Below, one piece after another: positions 1-14,020 of a stretch of DNA of 64,000 bases. The DNA comes from the human T2T-CHM13v2.0 reference genome, Homo sapiens, in assembly GCF_009914755.1 (NCBI RefSeq), contig NC_060931.1. One strand, given 5' to 3'. The position numbers and the translations under genes were made by a program. Under the pieces are notes generated by a model. It saw only the letters and a list, made by a program, of their open reading frames with translations, was not told where the DNA came from and ran no database searches. The first letter of the stretch is position 1. Every line of letters starts with the position of its first letter.

Positions 1-469
1 TGGAATTTTCATTACGTCATAGACACTATGGATAATCTTATTTGCCACATGTAAATGTTAAAATAAGGAAATGGCTACAATTTATTTTTCCCCAAGATTG
101 TAAATCAACCAATAAGTTCATATGAACAAGTAGCTTGCAATAGTGTTTTATTGAATCTAAGGTGCCATATATTATAAAATACATCATTGTTTTATGTATT
201 ACTAAGAAAGAAAAAGCACTGCCATTGATCGCGAGATATTAAATGTGAAAAAGTGAGTCTTGGAATTAACAAAAGATGGTATGTCCTTCTATGTTTGATG
301 AGCCCATTTTAACATCCTTCCTGTCCCCCTCCCATTAATATTTAAAGGTATTAGTTGACTACTTTGAGAACACTAATCACAATTAAAATAGATGCTCCAC
401 TTTAAGCAACACAAATATGCCATTCACCGCTCAATGCCCTAATCATAATGACGTTTTAAGCACTAATGA

Positions 470-794
<325 letters not shown>

Positions 795-2190
795 TAGTTT
801 GTGTTTCTTGAAGTGATTAAACAAAACAAGGGCTCAGTCATTAGGCAGATCAAGACAGCCATCACCAGGAGAAATGGCTGGGTCTTAAAGCATTCAAAGG
901 ATTTGTAAATGAAAATGTCATTTTGTCTCACTCTTACCTTCGTGAGTACTTGTTCCTAACAAATCTTGGGATAATAACAGATTTTTTTTTTTTTTAGAAC
1001 CATCGCAGAAGGACTCCAAACTTAGGCTTATATTAATCAGTTCACCCCAGGCAGTTACGGCATGTTCTCCAGGAATATAACAGGCAGAGTTGTTCAGCAA
1101 GAGACTTTTCCTAGCAGAAGCTAAGAAAAAACTTAGCGGAGAAAATGTAGATGGAAAATGTCAGGAGAGAAATTGGGTTTCTATTTTGAGGCTAGTAAAA
1201 CCATTACGTCTTAATACATTCAGGTTCAGACTGATTCATAGCCAATGACCATGCAAGTTAAAGCCCGAGGGAGCACACCCCCACCACGGTGCAGTGGATT
1301 TTGGCTGTGTCAGGAGTCAGAGCATTGGAGGTAAGGGCTTGGTCTCAGTTTCCTCACCGAGGCTGTTGGACTGGGTGGTCTCCAAGCCCCTGTCCGTCTA
1401 TGATGCTATGGTCTCTCCAGAGGTCACTGTTGGGCCGCAAGCTGAACCCTGGGTCAGCCTCCCCTGCGAGGAGGTTTGGACTGAGCAACTGTGTCATGGT
1501 GCCAAGGACTTCTGTCTTCACACGGGCACAAGACCTCACACTTAAGGTTCCTGGGCCTTACAAAGTGGTCCCTGAAGTTATTCATCTTCCTTATGGGCTG
1601 TCACTACTCCCACAGAGATGCAGGAAACTCTGGCAGCACAAGATTTGCACCGAACTTGACAGGAGGCAGCCTGGGACAGGGAGACAGGGTGCCGGGAGCT
1701 CTCTTCTTGGCCTGCTTCCCTTGGGGGTTTTCAGTGCTTATCTCTTAAGTCAGTGAGGTTCTTTCTTCTTTTTTGTTTTTATTTTGTATTTTTTTTTTAA
1801 GTCAGTGAGATTCTTGTTGTGTCCCCCCACCCCAATCCCCAACATAGAGAATGTCCTACATCACAGTGCTGGGGTAAAGTGGATTTCTTTCTTTCTTTTT
1901 TTTTTTTTTTAAAGTCACAGTATTTGGGCCCTGGGGAATATAGTTCCTGGCATTCAAGAGAGGCTGCCTGTTAACTTCTGAATCAAGCCATTTCCTCTGC
2001 AATTAGAGACTTTTGGCTCAAACAAGATCTCTTCCGAGAAACTATAAGCCCATATTCTGGTACTGTGACATTTCATTCCTCATTCTGCCCCCACTCCTCA
2101 CTGGAATTCATATTGACCTACAAATTCAACACCACCATGAAGCAATCGCCCAAACCGACTCTTCCATTTTGTAGGCTTAAGAAAATGAAG

Positions 2191-2192
<2 letters not shown>

Positions 2193-2223
<31 letters not shown>
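2193..2223. repeat. (CA)n microsatellite
   Basis: Direct read. Confidence 0.95.
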
Positions 2224-2226
<3 letters not shown>

Positions 2227-2564
2227 CCTTCAGTAAAGCTTTAGCTCGAATATATGTGAGGAGCCATTTTCAGAAGGAATAATAACTAGAAGGCACAAAT
2301 AAAGTACTGAAATAAAATCCCCCTTTGAATTATGCATGAGAAAAGTAAATTAGTAAAATCCAAGTGCACTTTAAACATAGAGATTTGCCATTTGCTGGGA
2401 CTGGGACTTATTTCATCACTGAAAAGGAAGGGAAAAAACCAGAAGTAATAAAGTTAGCTGTGCTTAGTGTTGATGACAAATGTGCTTCACATTTCTGATG
2501 ATCGTCTCTCTGCTCCGTCAATGTGTTGTCTCAGCTGCACCTGGGTTAAAATTGTCAGTAAGGG

Positions 2565-2926
<362 letters not shown>

Positions 2927-3059
2927 TTAGCTCTTAAAGTGCAGGCTTCCTCAATTCCCAAACACTTAAGTTGTGGAGGAGATGACTGAATAAAGAGGTA
3001 TCTTTCCCAAACTCCATCAAGGAGAGCACCCATATACATCCTGGAAAACCTAAAGGTTC

Positions 3060-3550
3060 CCACCAGCAGTGTAGAAGTGTTCCCTGATCACCGCATCCAC
3101 GCCAACATCTACTGGTTTTTGATTTTTTGGTTATGTCCATTCTTGCAGGAGTAAGGTGGTATCGCATTGTGGTTTTGATTTGCATTTCCCTGATCATTAG
3201 TGATGTTGAGCACTTTTTCATATGTTTGTTGGCCATTTGTATATCTTCTTTTGAGAATTGTCTGTTCATGTCCTTAGCCCACTTTTTGATGGGATTGTTT
3301 GTTTTTTTCCTGCTGATTTGTTTGAGTTCATTGTAGATTCTGGATATTAGTCCTTTGTCAGATGTATAGATTGTGAAGATTCTCTTCCACTCTGTGAGTT
3401 GTCTGTTTACTCTGCTGACTGTTCCTTTTGCCATGCAAAAGCTCTGTAGTTTAATTAAGTCCCAGCTATTTATCTTTGTTTTTATTGCGTTTGGTTTTGA
3501 GTTCTTGGTCATGAAACCCTTGCCTAAGCCAATGTCTGGAAGGGTTTTTA
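3060..3550 (-). mobile_element. L1 (L1PB-like) ORF2 C-terminal segment, minus orientation
   Basis: ORF 2934-3557 contains INSWDLIKL...[11 protein letters not shown]...[31 protein letters not shown]. Confidence 0.92.
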
Positions 3551-3730
3551 TAGCCACTATGGAAAACAGTGTGGAGATCCCCTAAAAAACTAAAAGTAGA
3601 GCTACCATTTGATCCAGCAATCCTACTACTGGGTATCTACCCAGAGGAAAAGAAGTCATTATATGAAAAAGATACTGGCACACACATGTTTATAACAGCA
3701 CAATTCACAACTGCAAAATTGGGGAACCAG
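3551..3730 (+). mobile_element. L1 ORF2 segment, plus orientation (continuation of the 3060-3550 segment)
   Basis: ATMENSVEI / LKVELPFDPAILLLGIYPEE, the L1 ORF2 sequence that follows LLHCWWE. Confidence 0.88.
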
Positions 3731-6700
3731 CAGGAGTTGATTTCCAGTTTTAGTCCACTGTGGTCTGAGAGAGTGCTTGATATAATTTCAATTTTCTTAA
3801 ATTTATTGAGGCTCATTTTGTGGCCTATCATATGGTCTATCTTGGAGAAAGTTCCATGTGCTGTTGAATAGAATGTGTATTCTGTGGTTGTTGGATGAAA
3901 TGTCCTGTATGTATCTGTTAAGTCCATTTCTTCCAAGGTATAGTTTAAATCCATTGTTTCTTTGTTGACTTTCTGTCTTGATGACCTGTCTAGTGCTGTC
4001 AGTGGAGTATTGAAGTCCCCCACTATTATTGTGTTGCTGTCTATCTCATTTCTTAGGTCTACTAGTAACTGTTTTATAAATTTGGGAGTTCCAGTGTTAG
4101 GTGCATATATGTTTAGGATTGTGATACTTCCCTGTTGGACAAGGCCTTTTACCATTATATAATGTCCCTCTTTGTCTTTTTTAACTGCTATTGCTTTAAA
4201 GATTTTTTTGTCTGATGTAAGAATAGCTACCTCTGCTTGCTTTTGGTATCCATTTGCATGAAATGACTTTTTCCACTCCTTTACTTGAAGTTTATGTGAG
4301 TCCTTATGTGTTAGGTGAGTCTCCTGAAGGCAGCAGATAGTTGGTTGGTGAGTTCTTATCCATTCTGCAGTTCTGTATCTTTTAAGTGGAGCACTTAGGC
4401 CATTTACAGTCAATGTTAGTATTGAGATGTGATGTACCATTCCATTCATCATGCTATTTGTTGCCTGTGTACCTTGGTTTTTTGTTCTTGCTTTTTAAAT
4501 CGTATTTTTGTTTTATAGGTCCTGTGAGATTTATGCTTTAAAGAGGTTCTGTTTTGATGTGTTTCCAGGATTTGTTCCAAGATTTACAGCCCTTTTAGCA
4601 GTTCTTGTTGTGGTAGCTTGGTAGTGGCGAATTCTCTCAGCATTTGTTTGTCTGAAAAAGACTGTATCTTTCCTTCAAATATGATGCTTAGTTTTGCTGG
4701 TTACAAAACTCTTGGCTGATAATTGTTTTGTTTGAGGAGGATGAAGATAGGGCCCTAATCCCTTCTAGCTTGCAGGGTTTCTGCTGAGAAATCTGCTGTT
4801 AATCTGAAACGTTTTCCTTTATAGGTTACCTGGTGCTTTTATTTCACAGCTCTTAAGATTCTTTCCTTCATCTTAACTTTAGATAACCTGATGACAGTGT
4901 GCCTAGGCAATGATTTTTTTTGTGATGAATTTCCCAGGTGTTCTTTGTGCTTCTTGTATTTGGATGTCTAGGTCTCTAGCAAGGCTGGGGATGTTTTCCT
5001 TGATTATTTCCCCAAATATATCTTCCAAATTTTAGATTTCTCTTCATCCTCAGGAACACTGATTATTCTTAGGTTTGGTCATTTAATATAATCTCAGACT
5101 TCATGGGGGCTTTGTTAATATTTTTTCATTCTTTTTTCTTTGTCTTTGTAGGATTAGGTTAATCCTACAAAGCTCTGAATTTCTTTCTTCTGCTTGTTCA
5201 ACCCTACTATTGAGACTTTCCAGAGCATTTGTCTATAAATGTGTCCAATGTTTCCTGAAGTTTTGATTGTTTTTTCTTCATGCTATCTATTTTCTTGAAT
5301 ATTTCTCCCTTCACTTCTTGTATCGTTTTTTGGATTTCCTTGCATTGGGCTTCACCTTTCTCTGGTGCATCCCTGATTAGCTTCATAATTAACCTCTTGA
5401 ATTCTTTTTCAGGTAAATCAGGGATTTCTTCTTTGTTTGGATCCATTGCTGTTGAGCTAGTGAAATTTTTGGGGGTGTTAAAGAGCCTTATTTTGTCATA
5501 TTACTTGAGTTGGTTTTCTGGTTCCTTCTCATTTGGGTAGGCTCTGTCAAAGGGAAGGTCTAGGGCTGAAGGCTGCTTGCTGTTCAGATTCTTTTGTCCC
5601 ATGGGGTGTTCCCTTGATGTAGTATTCTCCCCCTTGTCCTATGGATATGGCTTCCTGAGAACCAAGCTGCAGTGATTGTTATCTCTCTTCTGGGTCTAGC
5701 CACCCAGCAAGCATACCAGACTTTGGGCTGGTACTGGGAGTTGTCTGCAGAGTCCTGTGATGTGAACCATCTATGGGTCTTTCAGCTATGGATACCAGCA
5801 TCTGTTCTGGTGGAAGTGGCAGGGTTGTGAAATGGACTCTTTGAGGGTTCTTAGCTTTGGTGGTTTAATGCTCTATTTTTGTGCTGATTGGCTTCCTGCC
5901 AGGAGGTGGCGCTTTCCAGAGAGCATCAGCTGTGGTAGTATGAGGAGGAACTGGCAGTGGGCAGGGCCCTAGAACTCCCAAGAATATATACCCTTTGTCT
6001 TCAGTTGCCAGCGTGGGTAGGGAAGGACCAGGGCTAGGTGTGTCTCAACTCAGACTCTCCTTGGTTGGGCAGGTCTTGCTGCGGCTGCTGTCAGGAATGG
6101 GGATGAGGTTCCTGGGTCAATAGAGTTGTGTACCTAGGAGGATTATGGCTGCCTTTGCTGAGTCATGCGGGTTGTCAGGGAAGTGGGGGAAAGCCAGCAG
6201 TCACAGGCCTCACCCAGCTCCCACGCAATCCAAAGGGCTGGTCTCACTCCCACAGTGCCTCCCCTAACAGCACCAAATCTGTTTCCAGGCAGTGGGCAAG
6301 CAGGGCTGAGAATTGCCCCAGACTACCCACCTCCCAGCTGCAAAGGAAAAGGGCTCAGTTCTTCCCCCACCTGTGGAGTCTGCATGCTGGATTCCCGTTC
6401 TCCCCAGAGTTCTGGCCAGGAGGCTTCTTGCCTGGTTCAAATTGTTATGAAGTTCAGCTGGAGACTTCCTTCTCCCTGTGGCATTTTCCCCACACCTCTA
6501 GCTGCCCTCCTGAAGGATCCTGGTGGTGCCAGGTAAGAATGGCCTGCTTGGGGTCCCAGCGAGCTCCCAGGGCCTTTCCCACTGCTTCCTTTACCCTTGT
6601 AGTTCACTCGGCTCTCTAAATTGACTCAGCTCCAGGTAAGGTCGGAAACTTCTTTCGCAAACTAGGCCTTCAGTTTCCCCAGTGGGGGTGTGTGTTCGGG

Positions 6701-6941
6701 GGCGGAGGGTCTCCTTTTCCCACTTCCACAGTTGGGGCACTCACAGGATTTGGGGTGTCTCCTGGGTCCTGCAGGAGCAGTCTGCTTCCTTCAAGAGGGT
6801 CTGTGGGTCCTCTCGGCATTCCTGGTTTATTCCTGCAGTTGTTCTGGAGCTAAAATTCATGATGTGAGCCTCCGTATGCTGCTCTGTCTGTCCAAGTCGG
6901 AGCTGCAATCTGGTTCTGCCTCCTGTCTGCCGTGGTGATCC
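3731..6941 (-). mobile_element. L1PB-like 5' UTR + disrupted ORF1 + ORF2 endonuclease domain, 3'-truncated
   Basis: ORF 3637-4452 is the L1 APE endonuclease (CCLQETHL, NIYAPN, GDFNTPL, SKIDH, LSDH). ORF1 remnant PDLPEKEFKRLI at 5207-5446. GC-richer 5' UTR ~5550-6941. Confidence 0.92.
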
Positions 6942-8074
6942 CTGTTGTAGTTTCTGTGTGTCTTCTTTTGAGAAATGCCTTGCGCCCTCCCGCTCTTCCA
7001 GGATAACTCAGGGCCTCCATCTCCTCCTTTGAAAACTGTAAGTGACATCTACCTCCAGGTCATATTTAATACCTTTCACAACTGGTATGTCCCAGGCCAC
7101 TGAGAATAGAAGTGGATTATAAATAATTCATTAGGACTTACCGGTGCCAACCATCTGAATATCAGCCCTCTTGGGGTTAAATTAAGTGAGTTAAGTGAGA
7201 ATTAAGTGAGGTAATGTGCTTGGCACAGTAATATGAAGTGGCTATAGGGTTATCCTCATGGTCCTGGATGCCCAGAACGTGAATGGTCTCACTGAGATTA
7301 CATGAGGTGCCAGTGGGCAGCAGCCTGCGATGAGACTCTGTGAACACACCCAAGGCCTTAAAGGAGAGAGAATGCTGTGGCACTCTCAGAGAAGAAACCC
7401 AGGATACTTTGGGGAAGAGGCTGGCAGCCTGGTCTTGTTTTCTGCACGTGGAGGCCTCTGGACCATGCACCTGACTATCAAGCCTGTACAGAAGGCAGAG
7501 GCGAGGCAGGAGTTAAGCGGTCTGTGAAGGAGGAGACCTGCTCTATTTCTCAGCTGTTGTTCTGTTGAAACAGGTGGATGAGTTTGAGCCTGAAAGGTAA
7601 TAAGTAAAGGAGAAAGACTGGGAGCACTAGGCTCTGGGATGCCCTCTGCATGAGAATGATGGGCACTAAACCTGTCTGAGGGGAAGGTGTAGACAGAAAT
7701 AAACACGCCACAGCCTGGAGTCCAGAACCTTGAAAGTTTAATGAGAACAGTTAGTGAAGCACTGCCCTGTGATTCATCTCCTCACAAACAACACTTAAAT
7801 CACGTAGGATCAGGGTAGACAACGATCATTTCATTTAGCTACTTAAAGGTTATTTGGAACTCTTAATAGCATGTTGTCAATAGGACCTGGCTTCTAAATC
7901 CAGGCAGATAAAAGTCCATTCGTTCCCCAGAGTGGAGGACTTAGGATCTAAGCCAACTCCATAAGCCTGATGCACCTGAATACGTGAGAAAAGGCAAAAG
8001 GAGATGGGAGTGAAGGGAGTTGAAGGGAGTTGCTGTGGTTTTGTGGGGTTTTTTTTTTTTTTACTTTTAAAAAA

Positions 8075-8500
<426 letters not shown>

Positions 8501-9680
8501 GGAAGAAAAGTAATATTGAGAAAGGCAGTCACTGAATAGAAGGTTGCTGTTAGAGGGAATATTGCTATTGTGTTTTGTGAGCAAAGGAACATATTATACA
8601 AGCAGCAAGTTATAAGGGCTGTGCACACAAGGGCAGTTTAGTGTTATCAGAAAATAAAGCTTGCAGCCGAATGTGTCTGATGCATATTTAATAAGATCCT
8701 AACCAAAGGATATTAGAGCTATAAGGGACCTTGACGATTATCTAATTTAACCTTCTCATTTGCACCATGAGGGAAAGAAATGCAGAGATAACGTGTCCTG
8801 GGTTTACACAGTCTACAAGGGGTAGGGCAGGGATTGGCAATCGAGGACTCAGCCCCTCAACTGTCTGTCCAGGGCCATGCACTTCGTCATTACTGTGCTT
8901 CAGAGGCCTTGACTGTCCATAGAGAAACATGTCATGATTTTGTTGCAACTAGACAAAGCCCTCGGGGAGGCAGCTAGGGAAGGGAGAATTGAACAGAGCC
9001 AACATAGCTCAGGAGATCTTAAAACGCATGAATCTGGAAGCCAAAGGGCAGAGTCTTCCTCTTCCCTGAGAAGAGGTTTCTAGAGGTGTCAATTGCAACT
9101 GTATGTTAGCTATGGATAAAGGATTTGACAAAGCTCAATGAAAGCATATGTGAGAATCAATTGGCTGCATGGAATTTACAATACAGAGTATTATGTAGTT
9201 TACTGTTATTTGCTTATTGTGGGATATACATCATTTTTAGCAGCAAAATGTGTAATAAATGTATACATGTATAGGCATTTTTTTCAGAGAACTAGTTGTG
9301 AAACACCAGCATACCTCTGCTTACAGAGATATAAAGATAAATAAGATAACACAAATTTGAAGTGGATGAGAAAGAAAAAGGAACGAAAAGAAGAGGAACA
9401 TATTAGAATAGGAAATAACAGTAATAGAAAATTTCATCTCCTTGTGTGCAGCTATATGACATGGTTGGCCACAGATTTTGTATCTAAGCTTCCTAGCAGA
9501 TCTTGTATAAAGAACATTTGATTAGGTACTCAAGCTTTAGTGTTTTGGTGAGAAATTGTGAAGTTTCTCCTAAGCACAGTCCAGGAGGAATTTTATCCTG
9601 AGGATCTGGGGAGAGAAACAGTGTGTTTTTATAAAAGTCAGCGCTGTCCTTAGAGTAAACCATCATTTAGAGACACACGG

Positions 9681-9992
9681 GGCTGGGCAAAGTGGCTCCC
9701 ACTCCTGTAATCCCAGCACTTTGGGAGCCTGAGGTAGATCACTTGAGACCAGGAGTTTGAGACTAGCCTGGGAAACATAGCGAGACACTTTCTGTACAAA
9801 AAATGAAAACAGCCAGGCATGGTGGCACATGCCTGTAGTCCTAGCTCCTTAAGAGGCTTATATAGGAGGATCACTTGAGCCCAGGAGTTTGCAGCTGTAA
9901 TGCACTCAAACTTCAGTGGAGTGCCACTGCACTCCAGCTTGGGTAACACAATGAGACCTGGACTCTTAGGGAAAAAAAAAAAAAAAAAAAAA
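9681..9992 (+). mobile_element. AluJ
   Basis: Diverged dimeric Alu. Confidence 0.88.
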
Positions 9993-10126
9993 GGCACAGG
10001 GTTGCTTCCAGTAGAGCCCCTTGTCAAAGGCTGAAAACATTTTGCCGAAGTGTACTTGTAAGTGCCATACATTAAAGTACTTACGGATGAAATAATAGAA
10101 ACTCTAGGATTTACTTTAAAATATTG

Positions 10127-10514
10127 TTGTTTTAGTCTGTTTTGTGTTGCTATGACAGAAACCTGAGACTAGGTAATTTATAAAGAACAGAAATGTATTC
10201 TCTCAAATTCTGGAAGCTGGGAAGTCCAAGATTAAGGCATTAGCATCTGATTAGGGACTTCTTGCTGTGGCCTCACATGATGGAAGGTGGAAGGGTGAGA
10301 GAGGAGGAGGACTGTGTTCTCACGTGCAGAACAGCGGAAGAGGGAAAGACAGAGAACTCACTCCCCAAGCCCTTTCCATAGTGGCATTAATCCAGTTGCA
10401 AAGGCAGAGCCCTTGCGACTTACCTCCTGAAAGGCCTTACCTCCTAACACTGTTGCATTGGGGAGATTATGTTTCCGACACATGAATTTAGGGGGACACG
10501 TTGAGACCATAGCT
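10127..10514 (-). mobile_element. MaLR LTR (MST/MLT1A-like)
   Basis: tgttttagtctgttttgtgttgctat...tctggaagctgggaagtccaagattaagg...ccatagc. Confidence 0.75.
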
Positions 10515-10520
10515 ACTATA

Positions 10521-10529
10521 CACAACACA

Positions 10530-10567
<38 letters not shown>

Positions 10568-10568
10568 C
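10521..10568. repeat. (CA)n microsatellite
   Basis: Direct read. Confidence 0.95.
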
Positions 10569-12682
10569 CTGTTGGAATGAATAATTGAAGCAAGAAGAAC
10601 AAAATATTGATAAACATTGATGGTGAGTGATGCACAATTGGGAATCCACTATACTCCTGTCTCTACTTTGAGACAAGACTGAATCTGACTAATGTCTTTC
10701 ATCTCTTATGTTATAGCCGTTCCTCCCCTTCACCTCCACCTGATTATTCATGTCGTGAAGAAACTGGTCTACTTGTCCTGTAGAATCGCCCGTATTGTGG
10801 ATTTGGCCATTGCTTCTACATGATGATAAGAGAATGTTACATTAGCAGAGACATCCATTAAACAGGAGAGCTGAGGCCATCTGACGCTGAGAATCACAAT
10901 AACAGGGACAAAGCCAAAAGGGAAGGAAAATGGGGGCCAAAATGGTGAGGGGAGCCAAAAAGCGTGAGAAGAAGCACGCTCAGCCTCACTGGCTCCTGAC
11001 TTCTCTCTGAGTGAGTTCCGGCTTTCTGCATCTCCCCTCCTTGCCCTGGCACCTCGGCCTTCAGGCAGGATGGTGGGGTGAAGCCAGCGAGGGAGGAAGG
11101 TGCCGGGGCATCTCCCCCTCTGCCTGCACTGCTGGGCTAACACTTACAAAGGAAGATTTGAAAAAGTCTCTGAAACTGCAGGCTCAAAGAAAGGACAAAT
11201 GCACTTCCAATCAAATCAGTGTTGAAGGGGCAGCATCTTTATCATCTGCCATCCTTAAGATTCATTTCACATTCAAATAAATAGAAAACTACTTGCAAAG
11301 GCAAATTAGACCCAGATTTACCCGCAGGTGGCATTTCATGCCATAACTTGATGGCACTTCATCAACATCGGCTTTTCTGGGCTCACTGATTAGTTCATGC
11401 TGTATGAAAAGTGCTTTACCATAATTTTTCATTATCTTCACAAGTTATGCCATTTGGAATCATGTAAGGTGGCTAATGTTTCAGGGATTCTTTTAAACAC
11501 TTTACAATAAGAGATTCAAAGGCCAACTGCTGGTGACTCAGGGACCATTAAGACATCTGAGACATGACCATGATTAAAGATTAGTTGCGATAGTTATTTG
11601 GATATTATAGAGTCTTTGAAATATAGAAACACTCACACAAACTAATGACGATGAGCATCCGGGGCTTGGTGTTTCTCTGTGTCAGCTGCAGTAGAGGTGG
11701 GCGGCTCTCAATTCAGGCTCACTCCATGTCAGTTTCACAAGAAAACGCCAGTGCTGCCCCCAGCTCCCCTAGCTGCTAGGGCAGGTATTTCTATTTTCCA
11801 TGCAGCACAGAAGAGGGGGCCTTACCACAGACACCAGGAAGAATAATGTCAAACCCATAGCAATCCAAACCTGGGAGAAGCTTGAAAACTGAGGATTGGT
11901 CTTGTCAATCCTACTGGCGGGTCTTGCCAGTTTTAAAAAATGAAATACAACAGAATGCAACAGAATGGGAAACAATCAGAGCACATTAAAAGAATAAGTA
12001 CTACTTTGTGATACTTTTCAGTTATGTATGTGGGTATCAGTGTGTACTGAGGGTTGATGAGAAATGTATTTTTAAAATGTGAGTCAAGTTAAAAGACCTC
12101 AAAGAATGATGCTCTAAGAAATTATATACTGGAGACAGTCACGATTATATATTGGATGACGAAAAACAAAATAAAAATTAAAAATTAGAAATTTATAATT
12201 TACCCCTGGAATAAGCCACACTTGTAAGAAGTGATTACTTGGAAACATCACAGTGGTCTTGAATCAATGCTTTTTTCCCCCTGCTGCTCATGAGCTGTAG
12301 AATCAATGCTTAAACATTTCCTTAACAACAAGTTGAAAATGAAACAAACCTGTTATCTTTTCTGTCTTACCTCCCTGAGGTATATATAAGTTTGATGAAT
12401 TTCTCTGCTCAGGTAATAGGATTTAGCATCCATTCATGTATTCATTCACTCAACAAACATTTACTGAGACTGTTGAAGGTGCTGAGACTATAATGGCAGA
12501 GAAAAAAAAAAGATAAAAATCCCTGTCTTAGTGGAACTTTTGTGTGGGAGTCATGGGGGAAGCATAGGACATCAGCAAGGGAAATTGGTGAAATAGAAAA
12601 TATGTCAGAAAGTGGTAAGTGCTAAGGTGAAAAGATAAATAATAGAAAAGGGTCCCAGGGAGCAGCGTTTGGGCTGTATTAG

Positions 12683-12980
<298 letters not shown>

Positions 12981-12984
12981 TAGG

Positions 12985-14020
12985 GTATATTGGATTTCTA
13001 TTTTTCTGCATAACAAATTACTACATACAGCAGGTTAAAACAACACACACACTTATTGTCTCACAGTTTTTGTGGGTCCAGGAGTCTGAACGTGGCTTCA
13101 CCAGGTCTTCTCTCCAGGGCCTCACAAGGCTGTGATCAAGGTGTCAGCAGATGCATTCTCATTTGATAAAAGGACTGGAGAAGAGTCCTCTTCCAAGCTC
13201 ATTCACGGTGTCAGCAGAATTCCTTCCCTCCCTCCCTTCTTTCTTTCTTTTCTTTTGTTTCTTTCTTTTCTTTCTTTGTCTCACTCTGTTGCCCAGGCTG
13301 GAGCACAGTGGTGCGATCTCTTGGCTCATTGCAACCTCCACCTCTCGGGTTCAAGGGATTGTTGTGCCTTGGCCTCCTGAGTAGCTGGGATTGCAGGCTT
13401 GCCACCATCATGCTCAGCTATTTTTTGTATTTTAGTAAAGATGGGGTTTCACCATGTTGGTCAGGCTGGTCTTGAACTCTTGACCTCAAATGATCCACCC
13501 GCCTCAGCCTCCCAACATGCTGGGATTACAGGCATGAGCCACCATGCCCAGTCCAAAATTTATTTCTTTATGGTTGTGTGACTGAGGTTTTAAATTAAGA
13601 TTAGAGGTTTTAAATTTTGATTTAAGTCCAAGTTACGTATTCAGATTTTCAGATGACTGAGGGCCCCTGCTTTTTGACAGCTGTCTGCTGGAGGCCACCT
13701 TCAGATCCTAGAGGCCTCCTAGTTCCCTGGACCCTCTCACAACATGGCAGCTTACTTCCTCAAGCCAGCGAGGACAATCTCTTTCTTCAGTTTGCTAAGA
13801 TGGAGCTTTCAATAATGTAACGTAACCATGACAGTGACAGCCCATCATCTTGTATATATATAATGTATAATATAATGTAACCTATTCAAGGAAGTGACAC
13901 CCCATTACCTTTGCTATATCTTATTAGTTAGAAGCAAGTAGGAACAGGTTCTGTCCTCACTCAAGGGGAGAGGGACTCTTCAAGGGCTCATTGAGGTCAC
14001 CTGAGGGTATGCCCGCCACA
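12985..14020 (-). mobile_element. MLT1-type LTR interrupted by an Alu and a short insertion
   Basis: cataacaaattact...ttaaaacaacac...ctcacaaggctgtgatcaaggtgtcagc...aacatggcagcttacttc. Confidence 0.7.
13222..13554 (-). mobile_element. Alu with (CTTT)n-type tail
   Basis: Antisense Alu inside MLT1. Confidence 0.88.

Noticed and set aside
1289-1756. 155-aa ORF and overlapping ORFs
   Set aside because: GTG start, no recognisable domain, part MIR-like.
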